NCBI RefSeq assembly: GCF_964194025.1
Contig: NC_134474.1
Location: forward strand, 24,428,001 to 24,492,000
DNA from: Convolutriloba macropyga
Lineage: Eukaryota
Direction of reading: 5' to 3'
Length of the DNA: 64,000 nt
Position numbers and translations under genes: made by a program. The first letter of the stretch is position 1, and each line of letters opens with the position of its first letter. The notes under the pieces are model-generated. The model did no database searches. It saw only the letters and a list, made by a program, of their open reading frames with translations, and was not told the DNA's origin. This document shows, one piece after another, positions 1-13,505 of this stretch.

Positions 1-1768
1 TTGAGAAGTGCGAATGAGAAGTTACGAGAATTTGGACTGCTTTTAAACTTGAAATAATCCGTACATAAACGGGTTTTACAGTTCCTGGAAACACCTGCCG
101 ATGATGATGATTACTATGTAGATGTTGTTTATTTGAACCAATCCAGCTATCCTATTTCATCTGACGACAGTGGCGCCATCCTATTCTCTTCCCCCTCCCT
201 CATTCGAAAGACGCCGTGCCGCCACTACGCTTATTTCTCATTCATTCTTTGGTTCTTCTGTTCACACGTTGCAAATAACTTACGTCTCACTCTTCTCAAA
301 TTTAATTGTTGTTGTTTTATCAGTTTTTAAGATATAAGTTAATGTAAATGTTATAGTAAAAGCAGACTACGGCGTTATCGATGAGTGTTAAATGGTTTAT
401 TCCAATAAACGTTTTTTATTACCTAGTTTTCGAAACCAGTTTAAGTTAGATTAAATAGCAACCAAATGATTTACGTAGTATGAAATAAGGATAATTAGAA
501 ATGCAGGTTTACGCGTGATGTTGGCTCACCGATTCGTTCTCAACTTCAGCAATCATATGTATGGAGCGTAAAATGGCTATAGCTTTTCGAAATTGTTAGG
601 ATTATTGCGGAGATTGCTCTCGCGATTTTCACGTTCGACTTCTGACTTACTCACTGTTTCAACTGAATGGATTTTAAATTCTTTCACGCATTGAATTACG
701 CAATGTGAATACGCTCAAAGTCAAAAAAACAAAATCAAAAGAAGCGGGATAAACCAATAAAGCCCGGTCATTAAGTCATAGTGCATTAGGTTATCAAAGT
801 TCATTAAAGCGATTGCTAACCGATATTATCATTAAGCTTAATACCCTTCAGGTTAGAAGCTAAAGTAAGTATAGCTTTAGAATCTAACTGAAGCTGCACA
901 CTGAATTAGAACACTTTTTGAAACTTTTGGAAAAATTTTGTCAATATCAATCTCATTTTTTCTGTTTCAATCTTGATGTGCGTCTAGCTCGTCAACGGTG
1001 GCTATTTTCCGGCAATCTGCCGGCTATGTTTTCCCATTTCCTATCTGTCCGATTGGACGTTTCATCTAACAAACCGGATAAACGAGTAATAAAGACAGAG
1101 TTTTTGTAATACCAATTTTTCGTCTGACCTTTTTTTATCTGATCATTCGACTTTTCATCCTCAAAAAAGGAATGTACAGGTGAAGCCGTTTGAAGGGAGG
1201 TTCATAAGAGTGTGCCCCCCCACGCACACACCCCCACTGAACCTTAAATTAATTCAACTTTAGCTAACTCCGTACGCTGGTCCCGACCTCTCACTCAATC
1301 CACCCGTAACCCGGACGGACGCTCACCCCAATTTTTAACCTTTTTATTCAAAACATGCTGAAAAAAGCTCACCCTTACAATTGGAATGACGGGGTGGAAC
1401 AATTAAGGTAGAGTTCATAGTCCTACTCTAGGTTTAATTCCTTCTTCGGCCATTCTACTGATTGGATGAGCAGTTTCTGGGCAAGCTCAAAGGAACCGAG
1501 GCAATGTTGACAGTCGAATTCAAAAATTGTTATTGTATAAAACATAGCTTCAGATACCTGCCATATAAACTGCAATTTTTATCCTATGATTAAGAAGCAA
1601 TAGTAAGCTTAATACATGTAAGTCTAATACTAAAATAAAACTTACTAAAAGACTTTTTGTAGGAAGACAATCAATTTTTACTAGCTGCTGTCTTCTCAGC
1701 TGGCTATTATTGCGGCGCTAATTTTGTTTTACAATCCAAGGGATTTATATTATTTGGGGGCGCGGATT

Positions 1769-2185
1769 AATTGCTCTCAAACAAAGTTCGTACCAATTAT
1801 ATTGGACCTGCTGGCCTGTATTAATGAGATTTTCCGTACCACCAACTTTTCGTCTGACTATTTGATTTTTCGTCCCCGGAAACGGGATAAACAGGACGAG
1901 TCTTGAGAGCATTGTGTTCTCATTGAGCCTCACGTCTCACTGTTCTCTTAACTATATGCTTCACCGAAAAAAAGAACAGTTAACAGTCCCGCACCGCTTC
2001 TTCCCCTTTCCCCACATTACCCCCATACTAGATCACACTCGCGACTTCATCCGTACTCCATACCATTCGACTCGTAACTCCGCAGGCTCGCCCGCTCTCG
2101 CTCACCCCAATTCCCCTCAGTTAAGCTAAGCTAGCCTCCCTAAGCCATAGCTAGCAACTGATGAAGCCAACAGCTCGCCAGCCTT
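1769..2185 (+). mobile_element. Non-autonomous Helentron/Helitron2-like element, C-rich subfamily, 3'-truncated
   Basis: Starts AATTGCTCTCAAAC like the copies at 20776 and 33493. Shares the AAACGGGATAAAC motif, C-rich tract and GCTCGCCAG, but lacks the 3' IR and hairpin. Confidence 0.55.
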
Positions 2186-2310
2186 TGCACTTAGTCTCAA
2201 TAATGGATTTCTACTGCAAAAAAATTGATCCATGTAAAAGTTTTTATGCTTCCGAACCATTTGTTTCCGAACAGTTGCAGCATTTTTTTAGGAAATCTTT
2301 TGTTTGTTGT

Positions 2311-2702
2311 TAATTGCTCTTGAACGCAGTTCATAGCGATTATTGTAAACGTGTGTCTTTTTTATGCAAATTTTTTGGCTTGACAATTTTGCGCTTTTCT
2401 TGAACATTCTTTGACTTCTCAAGTGACTTTTTCACGCTTTTGTTCATCATTTTTGAATGATCTCTAGTGCTCCGAAGTAAAGCTTGTTGCTAATATAAAA
2501 TCGGTTGCAGTAGAAAAATTAAGTGACTCGTAGCGCAGTGGTTAGTGCGGGTGGCCGTGGAGCGGTAGGTCAGTGGTTCGAATCACGGTGTGCTCGGGGT
2601 TTTTTGCACCCATAAAGAAAAATTGATCGATACTAAAGACCATGAATTAAATTGCCTCGCTTGTCGTTCAAGAGAAATTCTTCCGACATTTGTTGGTTTA
2701 TG
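2311..2702 (+). mobile_element. Non-autonomous Helentron/Helitron2-like element carrying a tRNA-like cassette
   Basis: 5' AATTGCTCTTGAACG (2312-2326) matches the reverse complement of 3' CGTTCAAGAGAAATT (2665-2679) at 14/15. Then hairpin CCGAC-ATTT-GTTGG (2683-2696) and TTTATG end. Confidence 0.65.
2524..2605 (+). pseudogene. tRNA-derived Pol III cassette (pseudo-tRNA / SINE-head-like)
   Basis: A-box TAGCGCAGTGG with pairing D-arm (GCGC/GTGC), B-box GGTTCGAATC in a GTGG/TCAC stem, and T6 terminator at 2600-2605. Acceptor and anticodon stems do not pair. Confidence 0.6.
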
Positions 2703-3207
2703 TCTATTTTTGTCAGTCCTGCTCGTGGTGTAATTCATGAAGGAATTGCTTTGAATTTATAGATTTATATACATTCGTTAATTAGTATGATGTGCTTAAA
2801 GATTATAGTCACATGTTTCGGAATATAGTCACGTGTTTTAAAGTCGTCCACGTCAAAAATGAGATCTTATTAGAAACTTTTTCTGCTCTGATCTTTTTTT
2901 AGTAGCCGCACAGTGATAGCTGGGGCTATTATTGGCCTGCTCCTGGTTTTTTACAATTCAAAGAATTTGAATTGTTTTGGGGCGCTGTCTTTTTTTTAAG
3001 ATCTGTTCACACGTTTTCATGATTTTTGAAGTCCAATTGGAGTACTGATTTTGGTCACGCCGAAGCAGGAAGTAGAGCGAAAAGTAAGTGGTTTTGCGGC
3101 GTAAAATTTTTTCGCTCTAATTATTAAGTAGAGTGATGAAACGGTGTTTGAACAAAAATTCGCTTTCTCGCTGGTGGTTTTTTCACATGCGGCAATTTCA
3201 CTTTGAT

Positions 3208-3412
3208 TTTTACTGTTTTTGTTTTTTCGATTGGATTTTTTCTAATTGGTTTTGCCAAACCATTCATAGTTTATTCTAGGACTAGTTTTTTGTCAGAATC
3301 AATTTTACATTTTACTGTTTTTTGTTTTTTCGATTGGATTTTTTCTAATTGGTTTTGCCAAACCATTCATAGTTTTTTCTAGGACTAGTTTTTTGTCAGA
3401 ATCAATTCTACA
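3208..3412. repeat. ~102-bp tandem duplication
   Basis: TTTTACTGTTTTTGTTTTTTCGATTGGA...GTCAGAATCAATT occurs twice head-to-tail and is near-identical. Confidence 0.85.
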
Positions 3413-3659
3413 TTTCTCATTAGTGGTTTTTTTTCGCTAGCGGAATTTTGACATTGATTTTCAGTTTTTCTATTTTTGTTTTGCTTTTTTATCTGATTTT
3501 CGAGAAAGGTTTTTCCGAATTCACTCATAGTCCTACGTGTAGTTTTTTGTTTAGTCAATGAAATTTTTCTGAATTGTACGTCAGGACTTGTCCTGCTATG
3601 TTTTTTTTATTTCGTCGCGATTTTTGTTACGACCATCTGACATCACAACCACTTTAAAT

Positions 3660-4056
3660 CTGCTTTTTGTTCATTCGTTCAGTCAATTTCAACTGACGTG
3701 CGTGCGTGACGTCATTTTTCGCTCTTAGTGGAGCAAGTTTTTTGTTCATTCGCGTGATTAAATTTTTGGTCACACGACTTACCTCACTCTCAAATGACTT
3801 TCTCACTTTGAAAGTTTTTTACGTCAATTCAAACAGATGAGGTCAAATGGATATGTGTCACTCTAAACGAAGGTTATCTTAGAGCAGCTAATAGAGGCAG
3901 CAAAAACTTTTAAAGATTTTTAATCAAAATATAACATATCAGCCTGCGATGAAAAGACGAATTTTTTTTGGTCTGTCCTTTTTACTGATGTTTTCGAGAC
4001 TGCAGATCTCCGAAGCTATTGCGGCTATTTTCTGGCGATCTGCCAGCTGTGTTTTG
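3660..4056 (+). repeat. Interspersed repeat family R2, copy 1 (unclassified)
   Basis: GCGTGACGTCATTTT...TTCATTCGCGTGATTA...AAATATAACAT...CTGCAGATCT...GCTATTTTCTGGC aligns with 22322-22716 and 42470-42882. Fragments also at ~990-1035 and ~4585-4620. Confidence 0.75.
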
Positions 4057-6039
4057 TGTCCGTGCGGTCTTGTGCTCTCCTGAAAATCAGCTATTAGTTT
4101 TTTTTATTTCGATAGTTAGATCTAATTCAGGACTTGTGCTGCAATGTTTTTTTACTTCGTCAAATACTTGTGTTTTTTTGTTTTACCTTATTTTACAGCT
4201 TCTGAAACATTTTGCGTAGATACTTCGTTGATTTCTGTTGGCTTTTCATTCTGCGTTAGGTGATTTTGCGTAGATACTTTTTGATTTCCGTAGGAGGATG
4301 GCAGTTATTTTTACCAAATTATTCTATGACCAAACAATTAAATGAAAAGTGCAAACGGGATGAAACGGTAAATACCCGTTTTTGATGACCAGTAATTGAA
4401 CTTTGTGCAGTCTCGGTTGAAATGTTTGATGTTTATTTGTATTGATGCTATTATGTGAATTGTATCTAAGAAACTAAAGGTTTTTTATTTGCAAAGTCCA
4501 TTCAAATTAGCTGGCACTTTAAAAAAGTTTTTAACGATCAGTTGTTTGTTTTTCAATCTGAATCAGGTTTTTGGGAATCAATTTCCGCTATTTTCTGGCA
4601 TTCTGCCGATAATGTTCTCGTTTGTTTCCTATTGCTTGTCCAATCTCCTTGGACCGACAGGAAGCAATCGCGGGTATCTACTAGAATCATGCCGGGTTTG
4701 TCTTGTACATATTTTGAGGACCGATATTCTCTACCCCAGGATTTTATACAAGGGGTTGTCTGATTTTTCTAGGGTGCTGCTTTTAAAATTAAACGGTGAC
4801 TTTGTAATTGCCCTCAAAAGGTTTTTAGCGATTACTGGAGACGTGCGCGTCTTTTTAAAAGCCATGTTTTGATTGAACGAATCGACTGTTCGACTGAGTT
4901 CTTTTAAATTAACCTCTTGACATGAAGATTGGCTGTAATCACATTTTTTAGTAATTGAACTCAATTTAATACAAGTTCTATTAAATGTCATGAAATTGAG
5001 TCACAATTCGTTTCTTTTTCTGGGTCGAGCAGATCTTCGCCAATCGGATTAAGAATTGACAATTGGTAAAGTTATCAGTTCCTCTATTGTAACGTTTTGA
5101 TGATTCTTGTTGAAGCTCAATATTCAATGTTTCAATTCTTCTTAATTTAACTTCTTTTGCATTGTTTGATTTCTAATTTTAGCTCGTGTAAGAAGTTCTA
5201 TAAGAGGCTCGTATAAGAAGATTTCTATCTTTAGCTCGTACAAGAACCACGATAATTTACCGCTGAAACCAAAGTGTGAATTCACTGTTGTCAAATCGAT
5301 CTTATAAGTTGATCAATATTATAGACCCCGAAACAACAAACTGCAACTAAAATTTCTGAGATAGAACTAAAATTGTTAAGACATTGGAAAAAATGGCGTA
5401 AAGACCAGGGAGTAACTTTGAATTCCTTTCAATACCGGATTAGAATCCAGAACAGTTTAATACGCGAACTACAACCCATCAACGAATACGGAAAAAGATA
5501 GAGAAAAATTCCAATTTCACAAAAAGGAAGTAGTATAGAAAAAATGCGGAAATGGTATAACCAAATACAAAATTCCAATTTGAAGGAAAATAGTTTCAGA
5601 ATATGACAAGAGAAGGATTGTTTGCCAGCAACTAATTTGAAGTTCTATCTTTCTAACAAAAAACAAAGTAACATAAGTAAGAGGGTCTCAATCCGAAGTA
5701 TTTTGTGTCTATATAAACCTATTTACCCATAAGTATTTATATACCTAATATCATATTTATAAACAAAATATTTTGTCCATGCGTCTATGTTATCATTGAA
5801 AAAGTTTTTTGTGCAAATAGGCCTAGAAAAAAGCATCACAACTTCTTGCAAAAGACCGCTTTTTCGAAAACAGTTTAGGAGCTGAAGATGCATGTACCTT
5901 GTTTTTTGCTTTGAAGTAGATAGTGTTCAATCACATACACACATATATAAAGAAAACAACAACACAGTATAAAAATTGTTATATTGTAGATAGATATCGA
6001 AGTTTGGGAATCTTCAATGTTTCAAAATGTAAAGCAAGA

Positions 6040-6098
6040 AAGAACACAGCAATTACAGTCAAACACAGCATTTACAGTCAAACACAGCAATTACAGTT
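6040..6098. repeat. 19-bp minisatellite (AAACACAGCAATTACAGTC) x3
   Basis: Three adjacent near-identical units read directly. Confidence 0.8.
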
Positions 6099-6699
6099 CT
6101 ACTTCAGAGGGCACATTAAAGATAAGACAAAACTTCGGATTTAGGTTCTTCGTTGCAAAGAAGATTTAAACGCCAAGTGGTAGCTTCCAGTGTCAAAAGT
6201 CGGTACGAAAAATGTTTGAATTTATTTTTACTTAAAAAATTGACGCTCTCTGACTATGCGCAAAGCCCAACACACCCAACCAATTTAAGGATAGAAGATT
6301 CTCAGACCATACCTTCACTAATATCATTACCAACAACAGCAAACTCGGCTCTGGGAAATGTTTGCTCCATCATCATAACACATGAATCTTTATTCGAAAA
6401 TTAGAAAAAAAAATAATCCTTTATCTGCATATAGGCTGACCATAAAAAGAACTCTCATTCATTACGCTGCATACAGTTGGAAGAATACTAAACAAATAAC
6501 ATACAACGGAATTAGAAAGAGCAGCTTTTTCCAACCTCAAGTAACACTGAATAGTATTGTGCGCAACAATACAGGGGTCCTCTTTGATAGTGCAGTTTAT
6601 GTTTGCTGAGAAACTGATATGCGAACTAATTAAGCCCTAAGCAAGAATTATTGCCAGAGAAGAAAAATGATAATCTGAACAACTCAAAACAGCAATAAG

Positions 6700-9600
6700 A
6701 CGGAAACAAATGGCACCAAAAACAAAATCAAGGAGATTTTGATCCAACAAATCTTGAGACGTGAGGTTGAGTGGGACTCAGCAGTCAATTTCCTTGAGGA
6801 ACAACATCAGCCCGATGATGTTGACGTTCTTCAATTCACGCATTACGCCCTTCTGGAAGATAAGGCATGTTTGGAGAAGCTTCTGAATGATGTCTCCGAG
6901 TTACCCTTACAACCAAGGAGAACACTACACTTGCCGAACGCTCAGGTTAACGCACAATGACATTGCTCAATTGGAAGAAAATTCTAAACGGTTTGACTAA
7001 ATCAAAGGTTAACACAGTTGATGCTTCAGGAGGCAATCCTATTACAAAAACATCATTGTATGTGCCTTCAGCAATTTTATTCGAGCAGATACACAAGGCA
7101 CAATAAAGATAAAGCCCAAAATCACACGGTACAATTTACGCAACAGACATAGTTCTTCTAATAACTCGAGAGAAACATTAGTTGAGAATCATATGTTTGC
7201 ACAATGCAATCTCTATCACATCAACAAGACTCCTGTCCGACATTTACCGATAGAAACAATACCAGTTGTCCTGTCTCAAAAAAAATTGGGCTCAGCATTA
7301 ATAGATACCAATCATTAAATTTTTCAAAATGACACCGATAATTCTTCCTCTGACAGTCAGCGAAGAAAGGGCAGAGATTCAATTGCGTCGAATAAATCTT
7401 GCAAGTTTGGACAAATTGTAGACATTACAGCAAATGACAGCACAGGAATTAGTAACCAATCAAAAGATTGGAACAGGAACAGTTTACAACAGGTGTTTTC
7501 TTGTACAATTGTTGAGCAGACCTCCAATAGTCAACCTAAAGAATCAAACAAAGGAAACGAACAACCCTGACCTTTGCGTGCGAACCCAAAGCAATCTACA
7601 TGACGAGCTCTTCAAACAAAATTGGCAAAATCAATTCAGCGAACCATTTCAGGTTGTGAAATCCAATAAAAACAATCAAAATCGCTAATCAACATCAATA
7701 CTACATCGCTCAGAAAAACTTAGTCATCAGCAGAGTGGCAACTCAGAAATTCAAAAAGCTCAAAAATTATTACAGAATGTCCCTCACAGGACAGCTGCGA
7801 CAACAGCGACAGCGATTAAGGGAGAAACCAAAAACGCTTTGGTTGCCAAGGTTTCTTCAAAGAACGAAGCATCCAAAATACAATTTTTGGGGGAAAACAG
7901 CTCAAGCGACAGACAACACAACAGAAAAACTGCCTAACAAATTCACCAACTCCTGCTTCAAATAAACAAACAAACAATGGATAGAAACAATTTCTCATCC
8001 GATAATCGGAATCAACCTGGTTACAATGAGAACAGCATGTTCACACAGAAACCTACAGCCGTCCAACAGTATCAGTAGACACAACTGACACGGAAAAACA
8101 AGCAAGGTCTTGCCGCAAACAATCTCATGCAATACACGAAATCATAGAGATCAGGTTGGAGATATACAAAGACAGCTCCAATGTCAGACAACCCAATGTT
8201 CACTTCGAATCTGCTACACAATCACCTGAAAATCACAAACCAATTCTACCAACGAACATTTTCGCAAATATTTCACATCAAATCAGAGATACCCGCACAT
8301 AAACATCACTTTGCCAGAGACACAATTGAGGACATACAATGGAGACCCCCTCAAATGGCACGAGTGGTGTTCTTATTTCAAATCAGCAATACATGATGTG
8401 TCCCTTTCGGACCCACAGAAAATCAACTATCTCCAAAACGCTCTCACATCGCACAAGAGAAAGCGTTTTTGGATACTCCTATTTTGGGAATTTTACAAAA
8501 ATGCCATAACTGAACTCGAGAGAAGATTTGGAAGACCGCAAGTTTTTATTGCGGCGCATCTCAACAAACTGGAACACTGGCTCAAGCCTTTGAACAGCAG
8601 ACTCAGACAGCTTCATTTAATTAGTGCAAACTTTTCTTCACGAGTTTACGCCGGACCTGCAGTCATCCGTCGGTCACATAGTAGCCAAAGAAAAACTGTC
8701 TCCTTCAATGATAATAAAGTGGAACAAAAATGACATCCGTAAAGAACTTGTTATTCCAAACTTGAATCATTTCAATGATAGGATAGACAAGTATGCCAAA
8801 GCGTGCGAAGATATGCCACGCACTCATAACAAAATTTCATTCTTTGAGAGGACACGACTACGTGAAATTTCTGAACAAAGTTTCAGCGCCAAAAAGAATT
8901 GTCTGTTTTGTTCACAATTTTTTATTGAACAATAACAACAGTTTTTGAGTGAAAATGTGTACGACAGATAATTGACAGTGCGACAACTGCACTTATGCCC
9001 TAATGGTCTTTCTGAGCATCCAAAAAGACGATGCAACAGTAAATACAGATACCAGGTCGACAATTATAACGGCTTTCATCACTCAACAATACGCCGTAAG
9101 GTTTTCAACGCAACATAGGCAACTATTCAAGGAAAAAGCCAATCAACATTTGGATATCGACACAGTGGGTGTAACTTGAACAAAAACCAGTTCAATTTCA
9201 CAAACTACAGTTCTTCGTGGAGCAGAAATTCCAGCTGCACTAACCCCAACTACAATTACCATACTAGACAATATGGTAGCAGTAATTATAACCGACAACG
9301 CAGCAGAAGCCGATACAACTAAAACAGCAGCAGCAGCAAGAGCAATAGCAACAACAACACGAATGGTAACAATAACAATAGTAACAGGTACAACAGACAT
9401 AACTGGAACTTCATTACTGGCAATCACATTAAGTGCGCAATTTATTCAATTTTCAGCAACAGCAGCCATGTTCAGGAAACTTGAATAAACAATATCAGCA
9501 CTCAACATCAAAATTTGATTCAAATTTTCTCAGGCAGCAATAACCGACACCAGAACGACACTTACAGTAATAACGAGCCGAGTAGTTGGATTCGACCACA

Positions 9601-12140
9601 TGCTCAGCTCTAAGGAATACCTTAAAGAGTATTTTCGGAGACAGTCTCCATAAAAACATACGCTCTCCTTGACAGTGGAAGTGACAATACGCAAATTACC
9701 AAGACAATTGCAGAAGCTTTAGGAATTCGCGATAGGAAATCTGTTGCCATCCCCGTAGCATCGCTATATCAAGAGCACACAATAGAAACAGCAAATTTTT
9801 CTTGGGATTGGAGCTATAGACAGCAGCAGACCTATCATTAACCTACCAGTGTTTGAGACTTCTACCACAGACTTTCAAATGCCTACGGTGCCAATTCAGA
9901 TGCTCAACAGCGTTTGTAAGGAATTCGGTCATTTAAGCGGTATCAACTCCGCAATTCAGAGACAACGAAATACGTATTCTGATGGGAGCCGATGCTTTTA
10001 CAGCAGCAGTTCCACTCAAGTGCCCAATCGGACCACCGGCAGCACTGTACGAGTTCTCATTCATTTAGGATGGACAATAACAGGAGTAGTCCCAAACAAG
10101 TATAGACATAATAGAGAAAAGAAATGCAATCTTAACATAACCTTGTTCAATAGAATTAAGTCAGAAGCGACAACCGTGGACGAAAACATGCTCCAATTAT
10201 TTTGGACCTTTGAAGGAACCAGTACACCAAAAACATGAACTATTACAATAAACCAAGAAGACAAAAAAGCGCTACAAATTTTCGAGGATACAGTGAAAAA
10301 TAATAGAGAGGAGAGAGGTATAAGATTGCAACTACCCTGTAATTAAAACATACATTTATCTAGCAGGAGGTTTCTAGCAAAATCCCAACTACGATCATTG
10401 GAAAAACAGCTCAATGAAGACAGACAGTTAGGTCACACTTAACAGCTTAATACAGAACGATATTGTAAACCGTTACGTTGAGGAGACGGACCGAGAACCT
10501 TCCCCAGTATGCAACCAATTGTGGTATCTTGCTCATCATCCAGTAAAGCACAAGCAAACGAAAAAGATTCGTCGTGTAACAAACGCAGCATCCAATTAGA
10601 AAGGACGTTCATTGAATAAAGCGCTTCTAACTGGACCATATCTTCTCTGCAATTTAGTTGGGCTCCTACTACACTACTACCCTTTTGACAGTTTGCCATA
10701 GCAGTTGCCGGAGATTTAGACGCCATGTTTGTGCAAATAGCTGTACGGAAAGAAGATCAAAACGAATTAAGAATTCTACAAAAACAACGCCGAAACAATC
10801 TACAAATACAAGCATCTCTTATTTGGTGCAACCTGCTCGCCCTCTTGTGCTGTCTATAAAAGTCAAAAATATGCCATCGATAATCAACACTTATCGCCTG
10901 AAGCCAGGTAATCAATAATGAATAATTGCTACATGGACTACTTACAGAGTTTCAAGACAGCAGACGAAGCAATTGAACAGACAACATGCATCAAAAAGGC
11001 ACTAAAAAGGGAGAGATCAACTTAAGCATTTCTTCAGCTACGATTTGAGTTTTCCTTTAATTGACTACACTGAAGGAGATAAAGCATTGACGCAACGAGT
11101 TCTGGGACAGACGCGGGTTGTCAAAAATGACACCTTCCTATTTAGGAAGCCCAATCTAGACATCAAAATTGAAAGAATACAACAAAGACAACTCTTGTCA
11201 ATAGCAGCTTCGCTTTTCGACCCATTGGGAATGATAACGCCATTTGCACTACGAATTCGAAGCCTTCTTCACGCGGTCATTAACCAAGGCAAAAAATGGA
11301 ACCAAGAAGTACCAGCCGAATTTTATATTTGACCTGCACAAATGGATTTACGAATTCAACAGCATGCGAGAAATTACGACAAAAAGGTGACTCGTAACAA
11401 GACCAAAGACCAGTCAGCAGCTTCATGTCTTTGCAGATGCGTCAAATATAGCATCCTCGGTGGTTATTTACTTGAGATCTACAAAAACTGAAGGAAATGT
11501 GAATGTGAGTTATGTCATTAGCAAATCCAGAGTAGCCCCATAAAGCAAACAATTACACCTAAACTTGAATTAGAGGCAGCCAAAATGGAAGCCGAGTTAG
11601 CTAGTTTTGTAGTCGCTAAATTGGCATAAATTTTCTCCTCAGTTCGCTTCTGGACGGATAGGAACATTAGGATGGATAAAGTCAGACAAACGACAAAAAG
11701 TTTTCGTAGCTAACCGTGTCAATAAAGTTTTGGAACACTATAAAGCCGGGTGATGGAAACATATACCCGGAAAATTCAACCCTGCGGACCATCGAACCAG
11801 AGATTTGAAACCGTCAGAGATCGAAGAGAAGTGGCTACCAGGAACAAAATGTCTTTTTCAAGACCCTGAACATTGGAGCTTTGATCAAACAATACTTTTA
11901 ACAACGATCAATTTAATATTACCTAAATGTATGAACCCAGTCGCAAAGCCAGCGGAATTTTAAAATTGGAAACGACTGCTCTGAAGGATAAGAACCGTGT
12001 ACAAAGCAACAAACATTTTACGAAAAAGAAACACTAAACAGCCAGAATGAAGCTCAATATTACCTGATAAAGATTTCACAACAGAACAGTTTTAGAAAAG
12101 CAATTATTAGAATTCAAACTGGACAAAAACTGCAACCATG
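6700..12140 (+). mobile_element. Heavily degenerate BEL/Pao LTR retrotransposon (gag-PR-RT-RNaseH), integrase and LTRs not seen
   Basis: Gag-like LRTYNGDPLKWHEW...ELERRFG (8311-8560), protease ALLDSGSDNT (~9662), RT WYLAHHPV...SLNKALLTGP (~10520-10640), ASLFDPLG (~11205), RNase H LHVFADAS (~11420), NPADH (~11778). Many stops and frameshifts; the 5' boundary is approximate. Confidence 0.85.
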
Positions 12141-12143
12141 GGA

Positions 12144-12820
12144 TGCAGACCGGGCGATATTTTCTTACCTGTATGGAATGCCGGTCAACCAGCAGCTTTA
12201 GACTTAACCGTCACTTCTCCCTTGCTATCAAGTCTCATTATAAATGCGTCGGAGAAGAGTGGTTTTGCACTGTCAGCTGCTGAGGACAAGAAGTATGAAC
12301 AGTACGCCCAGAAATGTAGTGAAGTTGGAATTCAATTCATTCCTCTGGCTTTCGAAACGTTTGAAGGATTTTCAGAGGCAGTTCGTAAGACCCTCAAACG
12401 AATCGCTACTCTAGCTGATAACAGAAGTTTGCAGCCGGCGGGGTTGTCGGTAGTCTTCAGTAGGTTATCTCAATCAGTCTCTGCTACAGCAATTCGGGGT
12501 TCTGCAATCATGCTCCCTGCAAGGGGTGCAAGATTATACACATATGAAAATCTTTGAATCCTTGTTCCAGAAGTTAAGAGGCGAGTCGGCCTTGAGAAAA
12601 GTGTCATCCATGAGCGGGGACCATCTATACTGATAAATTTTATGACTCGCCCAATGAGTGGGGAGCTCCAAATTTAATGCTTTACCATACGATTTGTAAC
12701 TCAGTAGCGGATGAAATGTGATTGCCCAGAACAGGAAGTTTTAGCTCAAACAATTTTTCCAAGAAGGAAGCGAGTGTGATTGCATTGGTGGTTCGAGTTG
12801 AACTCATGATAATAAAAATG
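12144..12820 (+). mobile_element. 5'-truncated CRE-type (RLE) non-LTR retrotransposon: C-terminal restriction-like endonuclease plus 3' UTR
   Basis: ORF 12138-12557: RPGDIF...ALDLTVTSP...AEDKKYEQY...FIPLAFETFEGF...LSQSVSATAIRGSA fits the RPD..D..K RLE signature. The 3' end is a guess near AATAAAAA ~12811. Confidence 0.7.
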
Positions 12821-13399
12821 ATCGTTTATGAAACAAGATTTTCTAATTTCAGTTTCGTTGTTCAAAAAAATCACTTTGCCTAAAGAAACATCACTGACTA
12901 CTTTTAAATCGACATTCTACGAAAATCAAATTTTATTTCTCATTTTATTACAGATTCTGATTTAATAACAAATTACGCATTCTATTACAATTTACAGCTG
13001 CACGTTCTGAAGTATTGCTACGGTTTTTAATTCTTGCCCAAGTTTTGAGTTCAAAGGAGGGTTAGATACACTGGAGTTACTTTAAGTGCTTTAAATTTTG
13101 CTTCACTGGTCTGAAAAGTGCGGTTCGATTGAGCAAAGGAAGCGACCTTTCAGTGTTAATGCGCAACTCTTTTTTGATCTCTGCTTTTTTTGCGTTTTCC
13201 TGTTTGACCTAGTTTAGTTGAGTCAGCCATTTGATCGATAAAATGTCACTTTTTTAAATAGTTTTGCTGACTGCAATTTATGAATGTTTTGAACTTGAGT
13301 TTGCTTCGTACTAAGATCTGCAACAGAAAAAATAGTAATTTAGCTTATGCTGAATCTTTGTATTGTTTGTTTTTTTACTATATTAAGAAAAACAACGAA

Positions 13400-13457
13400 A
13401 ATCAGTCAATTGTTCACAAAAACTTTAAACCGTGATAACTCGAAAACAATCTGTGAA

Positions 13458-13505
<48 letters not shown>

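Noticed and set aside
2524-2596. Functional tRNA gene (His-like GTG)
   Set aside because: Acceptor and anticodon stems do not pair, and it sits inside a repeat.
9143-9488. Hydrophobic/Ala-Thr-rich ORFs resembling membrane or antifreeze proteins
   Set aside because: Alternative frames of an AAC/AGC-rich low-complexity stretch inside the BEL gag-protease linker.
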